Source of the DNA: the human T2T-CHM13v2.0 reference genome, Homo sapiens
Reading direction: 5' to 3' (one strand)
Assembly: GCF_009914755.1 (NCBI RefSeq)
Contig: NC_060926.1
DNA: 64,000 nt
The first letter of the stretch is position 1, and each line of letters starts with the position of its first letter. Position numbers and translations under genes: made by a program. Below the pieces are notes generated by a model. That model searched no databases. It worked only from the letters and a program-made list of their open reading frames with translations, and was not told the origin of the DNA. Of this stretch, positions 14,662 through 29,349 are shown one piece after another.

Positions 14662-15859
14662 AACTTTTGAGATTAAAATATATTATTTTTGAAATTTCTA
14701 TGAAACCGTAAGAGCACGTGAACATGTTCTAGGGCCTCTGCTATCATGTTGGAAAGGGCTAAAGTTTTTTGGAATCTGCCTTTGAATTTATCTTTGGACA
14801 CTGCTTCAGGAGGAATATTCACAAATCAGAGCACATCTCTAGAAAACATGTAACCTAGGATGATGAAGGGTCAGGACACTTTGTTATATAATAAACAGTA
14901 AAGGGACATGCAAAAACATTGGAAAAGAGATAATTCAAGTGAGTCACAAGTTTGTCTTTACTGCTTTGAGTTCTGTCAGGTAGAAGTATTTTGTCTCAGT
15001 ATAAGGAATCACTTTCTAATGTTAGAACAGTTTTGACATGATAATAGAATCGACTAGCTTGTGAAGTACTCAGCTCACGGAAATTTTATAAGACAAGCTA
15101 ACTAGCTTTATTTTTTTCTCTGACAATTTTAAAGTAAATAATTTCTACTTTTTTCAAGTTTTAACTTGATCTTTAAAAATATATGCCTTACCATTGTGAA
15201 AACTATAATTAACATCTATGATACTAGAGCCAAAAGGTATATTCTTCCACAATAGGAATAATGAAATCTCATTTTATTTTCTTTACGAATTATTTTGCTC
15301 TCTTTCCCTTTTCTACTCTTACCTAATTTGCTTGGAATTAGGAATGGACATTCTATGCCTTGAGTTTCTATGATCATCAAAGACTTGGCTTTTCATACTT
15401 ACTACATTAATCCATCACATCAATGCCAAGGGAACAAAAAAATAGCCTGTCATGGTTAGATCATGGAGAATATTAATACTTAGTGAAATGTGCTTTTATA
15501 TAGTACAGTTTTTCCCAGGCATAAAGTAAGGAAAATGACCACCTAAGCACAGTCTAAAAGCCTTATTAATGGTTTAGATATTTCTAAATATATCACATCT
15601 AGGTAGAAAAGATGAGTTCCTATTGAACTCTACAAGGAGTTTGAAATTGAATAATCCATCTTCTTGAGCAAAGGTGCAAATTCTTTATCCACTTCAGTAT
15701 AAATTCTGAATTATATTATTTGTGTAACAAATTTCTAGAGTATGCAAAACTGATAAATGTTAATAAAATTTAGAGAAGCAAAACACTAAGTTAATCACTA
15801 AAATTTTTGTTGAAGGCAAAATTACTTATAAATTGAACAGAGGTGGGATAGACTTTTGG

Positions 15860-16230
15860 AATTTGTTTTAAGGAATTACAACATTCAGAAAAAGTGCACA
15901 AATCATAAATGTACATATCAGAAAATTCTCATGGGTGATCAGATACATAGAGAGATAGATAGATAGACAGACAGATAGTTTAGATGGATAAAATCAGCAA
16001 ATAAATAAAAAAGCAGAGTATTATCCACTTTAATTTCCTGGTGTCCATGGGTTAGTTCTGACTTTTTCTATTTGTCTCAAAAGAGTCACACTTTATGAAT
16101 TCTTTTATGTCTAATTTATTTTATTGAATCTTGCTTATCAGAATCATCCATGTCATGTGTGGTAATAGTTTTTCAAATTGTTATATAGAGACCATCATGT
16201 GACTCATAAGTGATCAAATTTTATCTTGAA
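15860..16230 (-). mobile_element. Old L1ME-type 3' fragment containing a (GATA)n tract
   Basis: acattcagaaaaagtgcacaaatcataaatgtaca...; agatagatagatagacagacagatag at ~15950-15990. Confidence 0.5.
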
Positions 16231-16914
16231 AAATAATGCTCTTTTTATATACTTAAATAAAAAATAATGTTCTTTTTATATATTTAACTAATAAAAAGTT
16301 ATATTTTTCATATCAGAGAGCTGATTTGTACAATTTTGATAATTCTGTAGTGGCTCTGGCAGAAACATGATTTTGTAGGTAGAAACATGAGTTTGAGGTA
16401 AATCCGTTTATGTTGGATTTGGGGGGACAGAGAAGTTGGCACACAGCAATCCTTTACCCATTTATCTCCCCTACTCAAGGCATTAAAAGGGATAATGTAT
16501 CCTGACTGATAAACAAAATTATATATTTTACAATATGTCAGCAAGACAGCTTTAACTACACCCATTTCTTTTTACTAAACAAAGCTTAATGAAATGCAAG
16601 TGGGAGAGTGAAACAATTATTGATTTAAACTAGCATCAACACAACTCACTCCTTTATATTTAGTAGCAAATTATTTATGGAACACTTCAAAGTTCATCGT
16701 TATTAAATTATATATTAAGACAGCTCTATTTTATTTTAGCATATCCAAAATAAGTTAAAAGCTAGCAAAATAAAATGCCTCAAGTGTCGTGAATAACTAG
16801 AACAAGTATCTATACATTAATGAAAAGATGTTTCATATTATTTTTGGATAACGTGAGACAATGTCCTGGATAAAGTTATATGACAAATGAGACAAGGATA
16901 ATTTATTGTATGTG

Positions 16915-17940
16915 TAGTTATATGCTTGGTTTGATGTAGTCCCACTTGCTTATTTTTGCTTTTGTTGTCTGTGCTTTTGGTGTTGTATCAAAAAAATCAT
17001 CACCATGGCAAATTGTCAAAGGGTATTTTCCCCCTTTTCTTCAAGGACTTTTACAGTTTCAGTTCTAACTTTTAATCCTCTTTGTGTTAATAATGTGAGT
17101 GGTGCAAGATAGAGATTCAATTTCATATTTTTGCATGTGGATATCCAGTATTTCCAACACCATTTACTAGAGACACCATCCTTTTCCTATTGGAGATTCT
17201 CAGCAGCATTGTCAAATATTAGATGCCTATGTATGGATTAATTTCTGGGCTCTCTATTCTGTTCCATTGTTCTATGTATCTGTTTTATGCCAATACCATA
17301 CCATTTTGATTACTGTACTTTTGTTACGTAGTTTGAGATCAAGAGTTTTGATACATTTAGCTTTGTTCTTCTTTCTTACAACTGCCTTGGCTACATGAGT
17401 TTTAGGGGGTTCTATATGAATTTTAGAAATGAATTTTTTTATTTCTTTGAGAAATGCCATTGGAATTTTGACAGGGATTCCACTGGATCTATAGATTGTT
17501 TTGTATAGTATGGACATTTTAACAGTATTAATCCTTCTAAGCCATAAATATAGGATGTCTTTCCATTTACTGGTATCTACTTTAGTTTCTTTAAACTATG
17601 TTTTATAGTTTTCAGCGTAAAGATCTTTTGCTTCTTTGGTTAAATTTTTGATGCTATTGTAAATAAGATTTATTTTTAATTTCATTTTTGGAGAGTTAGT
17701 TGTTAGTTTACAGAATTGCAACTGATTTTTGAATGTTGATTTTTTATTCTGCACCTTTACTGAATTTATTAGTTCTAACAGTTTTACTTTTTGTGAAGTC
17801 TCTCAAGTTTTTGATACCTAAGATTATGTCACCTGCAAACATAGACAATTTTATTTCTTCCTTTCTGATTTGGTTGGTTTTTATTTCTTTTTCTTGTCTA
17901 TTTTTTTAGCCATGACTTCCTGTATTATCTTCAATAGAAG
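16915..17940 (-). mobile_element. L1M ORF2 fragment
   Basis: ORF 17272-17517 (IPVKIPMAFLKEI...LDLKL...TVIKMVWYWHK) matches the L1 ORF2 C-terminal half. Confidence 0.9.
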
Positions 17941-18022
17941 AAGAAAGAAAATCTTGAAGGCAGTCAGAAAAAATGGCACATTTCATATGTGGTTATAAAT
18001 ATGTGAATTGCAGTAAACTAGT
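17941..18022 (+). mobile_element. Old L1 ORF1 fragment (left part of the host of the ERV-L insertion)
   Basis: aaagaaaatcttgaaggcagtcagaaaaaa = L1 ORF1 'KEKILKAAREK'-like motif; the next ORF1 part resumes at ~30345. Confidence 0.6.
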
Positions 18023-18476
18023 TGTGTTAGTAAGGGTTCTCCAGAGAAACAGGGCCAATAGGATACATAGGGGATTTATTATGAAGAATTGGCTCACGAT
18101 GAAAGCTGGGATGTCTTGCCATCTGCTGTCTGCAAGCTGATAACCCAGGAAAGCCAATGGTGTAATTCCAGTCTGAGTCTAGAGGTCTGAGAACTAAGGG
18201 AGTTGATGGTATGAATTCCAGTCAAAAGGCCAGCTCAAACAGGCAGGCACCAAGGAAAGGGATAAATTCCTCTTTCCACTGCATCTTCATTCTATTAGAA
18301 CTCTTAATAGATTGGATGATGTCCACAAACATTGGGGGGGCTACCTAATTTATTTACTGCACTGATTTTAAATGGTACTCTTATCCAAAAACATCCTCAC
18401 AGACACACCAAAAATAATGTTTAATATAGGCACCCCACAGTGCATTCAAGTTGATATATAAAATTTAGCAATCACA
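18023..18476 (-). mobile_element. MLT2 LTR (3' LTR of the ERV-L provirus)
   Basis: tgtgttagtaagggttctccagagaaacag...gaattggctcac...gattggatgatg...catcctcacagacacacc...aatcaca, followed by the reverse complement of a polypurine tract (aatctacccctt). Confidence 0.9.
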
Positions 18477-19049
18477 AATCTACCCCTTGTCAACGTGGTA
18501 CCTATACATTCCTTAAATTATGCTTAACCTACAAATAAAAACAATACTGAGGTCATTCCAACTAATGTAATACAGCTATCCTGCAAATGATGTTTACTGT
18601 TCAAATTTATATCCTTAAATATTAGGATATGAAATTAACAATACTTAAATATTATGATGTAAAGTCAATATATCTTATGCTACACATGACAATTATAGTA
18701 CTTATTTCCATAACTGGTCAAATGGCTGGCATTTATAACTGACTTCTTCTATTTCCCACTCTGTACTTCCTTTTTCCTCAGTATGCAACTCAGCTGGTCA
18801 CTGATCTTTACCTGGAGTGGTAACACAAAACTTCATTCCTAAAGGATCTGAGCTTTTATTAGCCCTTCCTGGATTAGTTGTTGTAGTTTTTCATGGATGT
18901 TAATCACAGCACATGATAATAGTAAGAGACAACATAAGGGATCTCCTGTACTCCAGACATACATACTCTTCCCTATCTCCAATGTGGAGTAGTAGTCCAA
19001 TTTCCTCCTGGGAGTCAGAATCAATCACCACAGCCAGCACCCTAACTCC

Positions 19050-19260
19050 CTAATTTGCCTGTTGCTTCAGAGGCATGAGGAGCCCAAAGTGGCTGGGTGG
19101 AAGTCTTAACATCCAGTTCAATGGGAACAATGTTGTATCTTCTGGTGGAAGCATTTCTCCCTCTATAACCAAGACATCTGAGCCAGTAGGGCATAAACTT
19201 ATGGAAACAGGAGGCAAAAATTGTGCTAGTGTGTCACTAGTGGGATAATAGTGAGGGTTA
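19050..19260 (-). pseudogene. ERV-L dUTPase remnant
   Basis: C-terminal part of ORF 19050-19385 has ERV-L dUTPase-like motifs; frameshifted. Confidence 0.75.
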
Positions 19261-19696
19261 CTAATACCATTTCCACCTCTTGATTCTTGGACCTGTGAAT
19301 CCTGGCTATGGTAAAAACAGGAGCATATACAGCCCTTAGGAGAATCATTCCCCAGCCTGGCAAGGTATTGAAAACTGGCTGTCATTAACTAATGCTTCAC
19401 AAGACCATTCCACTATCTATCAAACCAGCTGCTTCAGGGTGGTGTGATTCCAATCTGAGTCCAAAGGTCTGAGAACAGAGAGCAGATTGTGTGAATTCCA
19501 GTCCAAGGACAGGAGAAGACTGATATCCCAGCTAAAGCACACATAAAGCAGACATAAAACAGACATAAAGGAGCCTGTTCTATTCAGGATCTCAAAGGAT
19601 TGGATGATGCCCACTCACATTGGGGAACATGATAAAACCAGTGAATGCAATATGTATGGGTCCACTGCTGTACTACAAACAACGCTGCATGGAATA

Positions 19697-19960
19697 CTAA
19701 GACAGTGGATAAGGCAGGCATTCTGTGAGTCCACAGATGGTAGTTTTGGCAGAAGTGTTGCATGTAGAGAAGACAAATACATATCCAGAGTAACTGTCTA
19801 TTCCAATAAAAACAAAATGCTTCTCCTTCCATGATGGAAGTGGTTCAATGTAATCAACCTGCCACCAGGTAGTTGGCTGATGATCCCAAAGAATCGTGCC
19901 ATTCTGGGGACTCAGTGTTGCTTTCTGCTGCTGGCAGATTGTGCACTCCATGATGGCCAT
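19697..19960 (-). pseudogene. ERV-L integrase remnant (CxxC and start of catalytic core)
   Basis: CTIC zinc-finger cysteines, WQVDY, GIDSYSGY. Confidence 0.85.
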
Positions 19961-20827
19961 AGCCAGATCTGCCTTGATGAGTGGAAGTTCATGTTGCTAT
20001 GCCTATGCATAGCCTCTATCTCTGTCACTACGACACTGTTCATGAGCCCATTGAATGGTAACAGGAGTGGCTAGGGAAAGAGGCAAACTGTTATCCATAG
20101 GATGAGTCATTTTGTCTATTTAATTATTAAAATTTTCCTCTTTTGAGTCCACTCTTTGGTAAGCATTCACATGTACACAAATATCTTTGCATTTTGCATA
20201 TTCAGAGAAGTCTATCATATAACTCTTTTCCAAATTTTTTTGTCACCACTTTTCCAATCCTGTTCTTTGTAAGTCCTTGTCATCCAGCCAACCATTGGCC
20301 ATGGCCCATGAATCAAAATATATTTGTGCATCTGGCCATTTATCTTTCTAAGCAAAGTGAACAACCAAGTGTACTGCCCAAAGTTCTGCTCACTGAGAGG
20401 ATTTTCCTTCACCATCATCCTTCATCCACTCACATAAGTCTATGTGACAAAATTTCTTTGTCATTAATTTGTTTAAGTTTTTAATTTCACTAGCTTTAAA
20501 GACATAAGAGGTTATTGGTTACATGGATGAATTTTATAGGGGTGAAGTCTGGGATTTTAGTGCACCCAAGTAGCATACGTTGTACCTAATAGGTAGTTTT
20601 TCATTCCTACTACCCTCCCCACTTCCCCCATTCTGAGTCTCCAATGTCCATTATACCATTATGTATGCTGTTGCAAATCCATAGCTTAGCTCCCACTTAT
20701 AACTAAGAACATGCAGTACTTGGTTTTCAATTCCTTAGTTACTTTACTTAGGGTAATGTCCCCCAGTCCCATCCAAATTCCTGCAAAAGACATTATTCAT
20801 TCTTTTTTTATAGCTGAGTAGTATTTC

Positions 20828-20909
20828 ATGTGTATGTGTATATATATATATACACACACACATATATATACACACACACACATATGTGTATATATATATA
20901 TATAAAGTG

Positions 20910-20982
<73 letters not shown>
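20828..20982. repeat. Compound (TA)n/(CA)n microsatellite within L1PB
   Basis: Direct reading. Confidence 0.95.
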
Positions 20983-22896
20983 TTTCTTTATCCAGTCATG
21001 GGTTGATGGGCACTTAGGTTACTTCTGCATCTTCGCAATTGTGAATTGTGCTGCAATAAACATATGCATGCAGGTGTCTTTTTGACATGGTGACTTCTTT
21101 TCCTTTGATATAGTGAATTCTTTGCTTAGTAGTAGGATTGCTGGATCGAATGGTACATCTGCTTTTAGTTCTTGGAGAAATCTCCATACTATTTTCCATG
21201 GAGGCTGTACTAATTTACACTCCTACCAGCAATGTATAAATTGCTGAAATTCCTTTTTCACCATATCCACACCAAAATCTACTGTTCATTGACTTTTTAA
21301 TTATGGCCTATGGCCATTCTGGCTGGGGTAAGGTAGTATCTCACTGTGGTTTTAATTTGTATTTCTCTGATGATTACTGACGTTGAACATTTTTTCATAT
21401 GTTTGTTGGTCATGTATATATGAAAAATATCTATTTCGAGAAATGTCTATTCGTTTCATTTGCACACTATTTAATGGGTTTATTAGGGATTTTTTCTTGC
21501 TGGTTTACTTGTGTTCCTTGCAGATTTTTGGATATAAGACCTTTGTTGGATACATAACTTGCAAGTATCTTCTCCCATGCTGCAGGTTGTGTATTTACTC
21601 TGACAAGTATTTCTTTTGCTGTGCAGAAGCTTTTTAGTTTCACTAGGTCCAATTTATTTATTTTTATTTTTGTTTTTGTTACATTCACTTTTGGGGTCTT
21701 ATTCATAAATTATTTGCCTCAGCCAAGGCCCAGAAAGTATTTTCTAGGTTTTCTTCTAGAATTTTTATGGTTTCAGGTCTTTATTTTTTAAGTCTTTAAT
21801 CTATCTTCAGTTAATTTTTATATATAGTGAGAGACAGGGATCCAGTTTCATCCTTTTACATCTGGCTAACCATTTTTCCCAGGACCATTTATCAAATAAG
21901 TTGTTTTTTTCCCCAATTTATATTTTTGTATGCTTTGTGGAAGATCAGTTGGTCATATTTTGCTTTATTTTGGGGTTCTTTATTCTGTTCCATTGTTCTA
22001 TGTATCTGTTTTTATATTGGTACCATTATGTTTTGGTTACTACAGCCCTGTAGAATAATTTGAAGTCAGGTAATATGATGCCTCCAGATTTGTTACTTTT
22101 TTTTAGGATTGCTTTAGCTATCTGGGCTTCTTTTTGGTTCCATATAAATTTTAGAGTTGTTTTTCTCTAATTTTGTGAAAAATGATGTTGGTATTTTCAT
22201 AAGAATTGCATTGAATCTGTAGATTGCCTTGGGCACTATGGTTATTTTCATGATATTGATTCCTCCAATCCATGAGCATAGCATGTATTTCCAATTGTTT
22301 GTATCATCCATGATTTCTTTCAGCAGTGTTTTGTAGTTCTTGTAAAGATCTTTCACCTCCTTGGTTAAGTATATTCTAGCTATTATTTTATTATTTTTTG
22401 GCAGCTACTATAAAGGGAAATGAGTTCTTGATCTGATTCATAACTTGGTCATTGTTGGTGTATAGCAGTGCTATTGATTTGTGTGCATTAATTTTGTAAC
22501 CTGAGACTTTATTGAATCTATTTGTCATATCTAGGAGTCTTTTGGAAGAGTTGTTAGGGTTTTCTAAGTATAAGAGCATATCATTGGCAAACTGAAATAG
22601 TTTGACTTTCTATTTTCCAATTTAGATATCTTCATTTCTTTCTCTAGCTTGCTTGCTCTGGCTAGGACTTCCAGTAACATGGTGAATAGAAGTGGTGAAA
22701 GTGGGCATCTTTGTCTTATTCCAGTTCTTACGGGGAATGTTTTTAATTTTTTCCCCTTTCCACATTATGTTGCTTGTGCATTTTTCATATATGGCTTTTA
22801 TCATTTTGAGGTATGTTTCTTCTATGCCTAGTTTGTTGAGAATTTTTATCATAAAGGGATGTTTGATCCTGTCAAATGCTTTTGCATTTAATCTGA

Positions 22897-23212
<316 letters not shown>

Positions 23213-26200
23213 TTGTTTTTGTTTTTAATTCTGCTTATGTGATGTATCACATTTATTGACTTGTATATGTTGAACTATCCCTTCATCCCTGGGATGAAAT
23301 TCAATTAGGTATGGTTAATTTTTTTTTCTGAGTTGTTAGATTTGGTTTCCTTGCATTTTGTGGTGATTTTTGCATCTATGTTCATGAGCTTTTTTCTCTC
23401 TTTTTTTTTTTTTCCTGTTGCGTCTTTTCCTGGATTTGGTATCAGGGTGATACTGCCTTTGTTGAAATAGTTTCAGTAGATTGGTACCAATTCCTCTTGA
23501 ATCTCTGGAAGAATTTGACTGTGACTCCAGCTAACCCAGGGCTTTTTGTGTTGGCCATTTTTTAAATTCATGATTCAATTTCACCAGTTGTTATTGGTCT
23601 GTTTCAGATGTATATTGCTTCCTGATTCAAGCTAGGGTTGTGTGTTTCCAGTAATTTTATCCATTTCTTCTAAATTTTCTAGTTTGTGTGCACAGAAGTG
23701 TTTATAGTACTCTTGAATAATCTGTATTTTTGTGGTGTCAGTTGTAATGCCTCCATTTTTATTTCTAATTAAGGTTATTTAATCTTTTTTCTTTTCTTGG
23801 TTAATCTAGCTAGTGATTTATCAATTTTATCTTTTCAAAGACCCAACTTGTTCCACTGATCTTTTGCAGTTTTTGTTGTTTCAATTTTATTCAGTTCTGC
23901 TCTGATCTTTGTTATTTCTTTCCTTCTTCTAGCTTTGTGTTTGATTTGCTCTTGTTTCTCTAGTTCCTCAATTTGTGGTCTCAGTTTGTTAATTTGTGAT
24001 CTTTCAGACTTTTTGGTGTTTAGTGCTATAAACTTTTCTCTTAGCACTGCTTTTGCTGTATCCCAAAGGTTTCGATAACTTGTGTCATTGTTACCCCTTT
24101 CAAAAGAATTTTAAATGTTCATTTCGATTTCATTGTTGACCCAAAAATCATTCAGGAGCAGATTGCTTCATTTCCATGTATTTGTATAGTTTTGAGGGTT
24201 CCTTTTTGTAGCTGATTTCTGTTTTAATTCCACAGTAGTCCAAGGAGATATTTGATATGATTCTGATTTTTAAAAATCTATTGAGACTTGTTTTCTGGAC
24301 TATTATATAGTCTATCTTGGAGAATGTTCCAGGTGCTGATGATAAGAATGTATATTCTGCTTTTCTTGGTTAAAATGTTCTATAAATATCTGTTAGGTCA
24401 ATTTGTTTCAGAGTGCAGTTTAAATCTAATGTTTCTTTGTTGATTTTCTGCCTCAATAACCTGTTTAGCGCCATCAGTGGAGTGCTCAGGTTCCTCATTG
24501 TTATTGTGTCATTGTCTATCTCTGTTCTAAGTCTAGTAGTAATTGCTTTATACATCTGGGAGCTTCAGGATTAGGTGCATATCTATTTAGGATTGTTATA
24601 TCTTCTTGTTGAATTGATCCTTTTATCAGTATATAATAACCTTCTGTGATTTTTTTAAGGTCGTTGCTTTAAAGTATGTTTATCTAATGTAAGAATAGTT
24701 ACTCATGCTCACATTTGCTTTCCATTTGAATGAAATATCTTTTTTTACCACTTTACCTTGAATCTATAAGACTATGTTAGGCATATCTACTGAAGATAAC
24801 AAATATTTGGTTTGTAATTTTTTATCCATTCTGCCAACCTGTATATTTTAAGAGAAGCATTTCTATCAGTTACATTCAATGTTAATATTGAGATGTGAGA
24901 TACTGTTCCAGTCATTATGCTGTTATCTAGTGACTTTGTTTTCTTCATTGTGTTACTGTTTTATAAGCCCTGTGAATTTTATGCTTTCAGGTGTATCTAT
25001 TCTGTGCCTATCAACCTTTTGTTTCAGTTTTAAGCTTTTGTTTGTTTGTTCGTTTTAGCATTTCTTGTAGGGCTGGCCTAATATTGACAAATACCAGTAT
25101 TTGCTTGCTTGAGAAAGACTTTACTTCTCCTTCATTTATGAAACTTAGTTTTGCTAGATACCAAATTCTTGGTTTACAGTTACTCTTTTTAAAGAGACTA
25201 AAAATAGGATCCCAATCTCTTCTCACTTGTAAGATTTCTGTTGAGAAGTATGGTGTTAGTCTGACAGGTTTTTCTTTATAGGTTACCTGATGTTTTTGTC
25301 TCACTGCTAGAATTCTTTCCTTCACATTGACTTTAGATAGCCTGATGACTGTGTGTCTCGGTGATGCCCTTTTTGCAATGAATCTCCCAGGAGGCATTTA
25401 GCTTCTTGAATTTGGATATCTAAATCTCTAGCAAGACCAGGGAAGTTTTCCTCAATTATTCCCTCATAGGTTTTGCAAACTTTTTGCTATTTCTTCTCCC
25501 AGAGAAACACCTATGATTCTTAGATTTGGCCATTTTACATGATCCCATATTTCTTGAACACTATGTTTATTTCCTTTATTTTTTATTTTTGTCTGATTGA
25601 TTGGGTTAATTTGAAAGCCTTGTCTTAGAGCTCTGAAATTCTTTCTTCTCCTTTGCCTAGTCTATTGCTAAAACTTTCCACTGCAATTTGTACTTCCTTA
25701 AATGTGTCTTTAATTTCCAGAAGTTCTGATAGGTTTTTCTTTAAAATATCCATCTCTTTAGAAAAATTTTCATATGTATACTTATTTTTTAAAATTTCTT
25801 TATGCTTTTTATCTTTCTCTTGGATCTCCTTGAGTAACTTAATAATCAATCTTTTGAATTCTTTGTCTGGCATTTTAAATATTTCATCTTGGTTTGGATC
25901 CACTGCTGGAGAGTTAGTGTGATCTTTCAGGGGTCTTGTAGGATCCTACTTCATTCATATTGCCAGAATTACTTTCCTGGTTCCTTTTCATTTGGGTGGA
26001 CTATTTCTTCTAATTATTTTTGAAGTTATTTTTTTATTTGACTGGATTTTACTTTTTAATTATTTTTCCCTTTGAGAATGTGGCCTTAATGTTTATAGTT
26101 TATTGTCACCTACATTTGGCTTTGAGTGCTTTCAGTGGTGAAGGCTGTGTATGAGTTCCTTGGTTATAAAGAATCTTTGTGTGATGGCTTTCTCAGATGC

Positions 26201-27976
26201 TTATTGTTGTAGTAGTATTCTGGGTGTGTGAATAAGTTCACTCTCTCTTGTGGAAAGTTTTCCACCTGGTTCATGATGTAGGCTGCTGCCTGCTGCTTCT
26301 TTCAAAGGACTTTGTGAATACTTTTTAAATCATGTTCCTCTTAAGTCCCTGACCATCTTGCCAAACCATTGACTACATCACATAATTTGATATATAATCA
26401 CACATCTGACCATTTCTTCTTCCAAGGAAGTGCAAAACCAGCTCTGCACTGCTGAAAGTTCTGCCTATTGAGCAAATTTATCTTTACATCTGTACTTCAG
26501 GAATGTCCCATAAAGGTGCTGCAGTACTCCAGGTGTCCACTTTTGAGTGGTGCCTGTGTATTATGCAGAACTAATTATAAACCAGGCCTGATATTCTCTT
26601 CCTATGTTAATTGATTGCTGGGGACTCTTCATGAAGCTAAAGTTGTAGGCTGGGAGAGAAAAGGCAGTGTAGCGGGAGTAAGAATTATGGACATTTGGGC
26701 CACGAATTCATTTAACTTACATGTACCACTTTAGGGCCTGTTCAAGCTGTGCATGTCCCATTCTATGGCTTGGTGGGTCAGGTAACACCCAGTTCATGAT
26801 AAGTAATTCAGGTCACACAGTAACTTGGTGGCCCATAAGTATGAGTCTCTACTAAGGTTCATTAGAAAGCCAAGAGATGTTCCTCAAAGGGAGAATAGTT
26901 ACCTGTGGAGGATAACAGGGCTTTGCTCCGAAATCATAAGAACCCGTACTTTTATTCACCTATCCAATCCCTGTCTGTAACTGACACTTCATGCACCATT
27001 GCATCTACTGAATCATATGGCTAAAGTGGCAGAGCAGGTTGCATAGAAACGCAAACCTATTGAAGACATCTTTCTTGTTCTAGACCCCACTCAAATTTAG
27101 CAGCTTCTTGGGTGACTTGGTAAATGGGCTGGAGTAACACTCCCAAATGAGAATTATGTTCCTCTTCAAATCCAAAGAGGCTCACTATGCCTTACTTCTC
27201 TTTCTTGGTTGTAGATGAAGCTAGGTGCAACAACTTATCCTCCACCATAGATGCAATACCTCAATATGCCACACACAACTGCAGTCCTGAAAATTTCACT
27301 GAGTCAGAAGTCCTCTGAATTTTAGTTAGATTTATTTCCTACACTGTTACATGCCAGTGTCTTACTAATAAGTCTAGAGTAGTTGTTACTTCTTGTTCAT
27401 TAGGTCCAGTCAGCACAATATAATCAATGCAATGAACCAGGGAGACATGTTATGAAAGGGGAAGGTGATCAAGAATCCTGTAAGCAAAATGAATGCAAAG
27501 GGCTGAAGAGTTGATAAAATTATGAGCTAGGACACTGAAGGTGTACTGTGGCCTTGCCAGCTAAAGCAAACTGTTTCTGGTGGCCTTATGAATAGGTATG
27601 GAGAAAAAGTCATTTGCTACACCAATGACTGCACACCAAGCAGCAAGGGATGTGTTTATTTGCTCAAGCAATGAAACCCCATCTGGTACGGCAACTGCAA
27701 TTGGAGTCACTATGCAATTAAGCTTATGTTAATTCACCATCATTCTCCAAGAGCCATCTGTCTTCTGCATAGGCCAAATAGAAGAGTTGAATGGGGAATG
27801 GGCTAGGAGTCATCAACCTTGCATTTTTCAAGTCTTTGATAGTGGCACTAATTTCTGAAATTCTTCTAGAAATGAAATATTGCATTTTGATTTACTATTT
27901 TTCTAAGTAGAAGTGGTTCTAATGGCTTTAACTTGGCCTTTCCTAGCATAATAATCTTCACTCCACAGGCCAGGAA

Positions 27977-28497
27977 TGTGACACAGATTTATTGCACACT
28001 GGTTATAAACTTTTCTGAGTCTGGTGAGACAGAACACTTCATATACAACAAGTTACATAATGTGGATTTTTTACTTACAGATAGGCAGCAAGGAACAAAA
28101 GAAACCTAGGATTTATTGTGAGCTATTTCCCCAAGGCTCAAGAAACTGGTGAGGGGGAGTCTCACCTGCATGTACCACACTTGCTCCCAAAAAGGCAGTC
28201 CATCCTGGGTTATATACCTAAGGAGCCACATGACACACTGGGTTAAAAATTTGAAGGATATCCTGCTTCCAAGATAGAAAGGAACAAATTCTGGGCTTTT
28301 CTAAGCAGTTCCTCCCTAGCTTAGTATACTATATTCCCTAGAAGAGACAGAAACAAGGCCTGGGCTGTTTCAAGCATTGCCTTTCTATCTCAGGATATTG
28401 CACTCCCAGAACATTCTACAGTCATTCTTGATAACTGTAAACAAGAAAGGCAGGGAGGATTGGGTAGGTCCAATGCCATCCAGAGAACTGTTCTGCA
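27977..28497 (-). mobile_element. Solo LTR (LTR47/LTR42-like) nested in ERV-L pol
   Basis: TG...CA bounded (tgtgacac...gttctgca) with TSD aggaa/aggta; tctcaggatattgcactcccagaacattctacagtcattcttga matches this LTR group from memory. Confidence 0.75.
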
Positions 28498-28951
28498 AGG
28501 TAACCAGTATGGGGATTATGCCAGCTGTATGTATGCTTATTCCAGTTATGCATTCCTGAATTGGAGAAATAACCACAGATGAGTTTGGGGACCTACTGGA
28601 CCTGCTGTGAAAAGTACCCAAGCTAAAACTCCATTAATCACTTGACCTCCACAAGACCTGTTCTGATTGGTGGGCCAAAGTATTGTTTTGGTTGTCCTGG
28701 AATTACTGACCATTAAGAGCCAATGTCCAGATATCCCCAAAAGTTCCAATTATTTCTTTTTTTTCCCCCAATATACAGTTACCTGGGAAAAGGCAATATG
28801 TTCCTTTAAGGAAGGTTGAGAGAAATAGTAGTATACATTTTTTGGTAATGTACTGGGGACCCTCCCAAGTGGTGCTGAACTCCCCTTTATACCAGGGATT
28901 TGGGGGTAAACTGGCTCAAGTCTTGGAATACATTGAGGAGCCATGACCCTA

Positions 28952-29349
28952 TGTTGTGATCGGAATGGGCTTCCTAAAATGAATGTGTTCAAACTTAATC
29001 CCCATTGTGGTGGTATTAAGAGATAGGGCCTTTGGGAAGTGATTAAGTCATGAGGGCTCCTCCCTCACTGAATGAATTAGTGCTTTATAAAAAGGCTCAA
29101 GATTGCAGGGAGCACTCTCTTGCTCTTCCACTCTCCATCTCGTAAGGACACAGCATTTGTTCCCTCCAGAGGACACAACAACAAGGTGTAATCTTGGAAG
29201 TCGAGATCAGGCCCTCAACAGACACCAATTTCTTTGGTGCCTTTATCTTAGATTTGTCCGCCTCCAGAACTGTGAGAAATCAATTTCTGTTTTTTATAAA
29301 TTACCCAGTTTGTGGTATTCTGTCATAGCAGCATAAAGGGACTAAGACA
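28952..29349 (+). mobile_element. MST (MSTC/MSTD-like) MaLR solo LTR nested in ERV-L gag
   Basis: aaacttaatccccattgtggtggtattaagag...gcctccagaactgtgagaaat...ataaattacccagt...gcagcataaagggactaagaca. Confidence 0.85.

Larger units (their letters stand above)
18477..20430 (-). mobile_element. ERV-L (HERV-L class) internal region: dUTPase, integrase, RNase H remnants
   Basis: Translated remnants: EGEMLPPEDTTLFPLNWMLRLPPSHFGLLMP (dUTPase placed after integrase, an ERV-L hallmark) and ECTICQQQKATLSP...WWQVDYIEPLPSWK...FVFIGIDSYSGY (integrase). Confidence 0.9.

Noticed and set aside
20744-20982. YI-repeat proteins (also 61090-61315)
   Set aside because: Translations of (TA)n/(CA)n microsatellites
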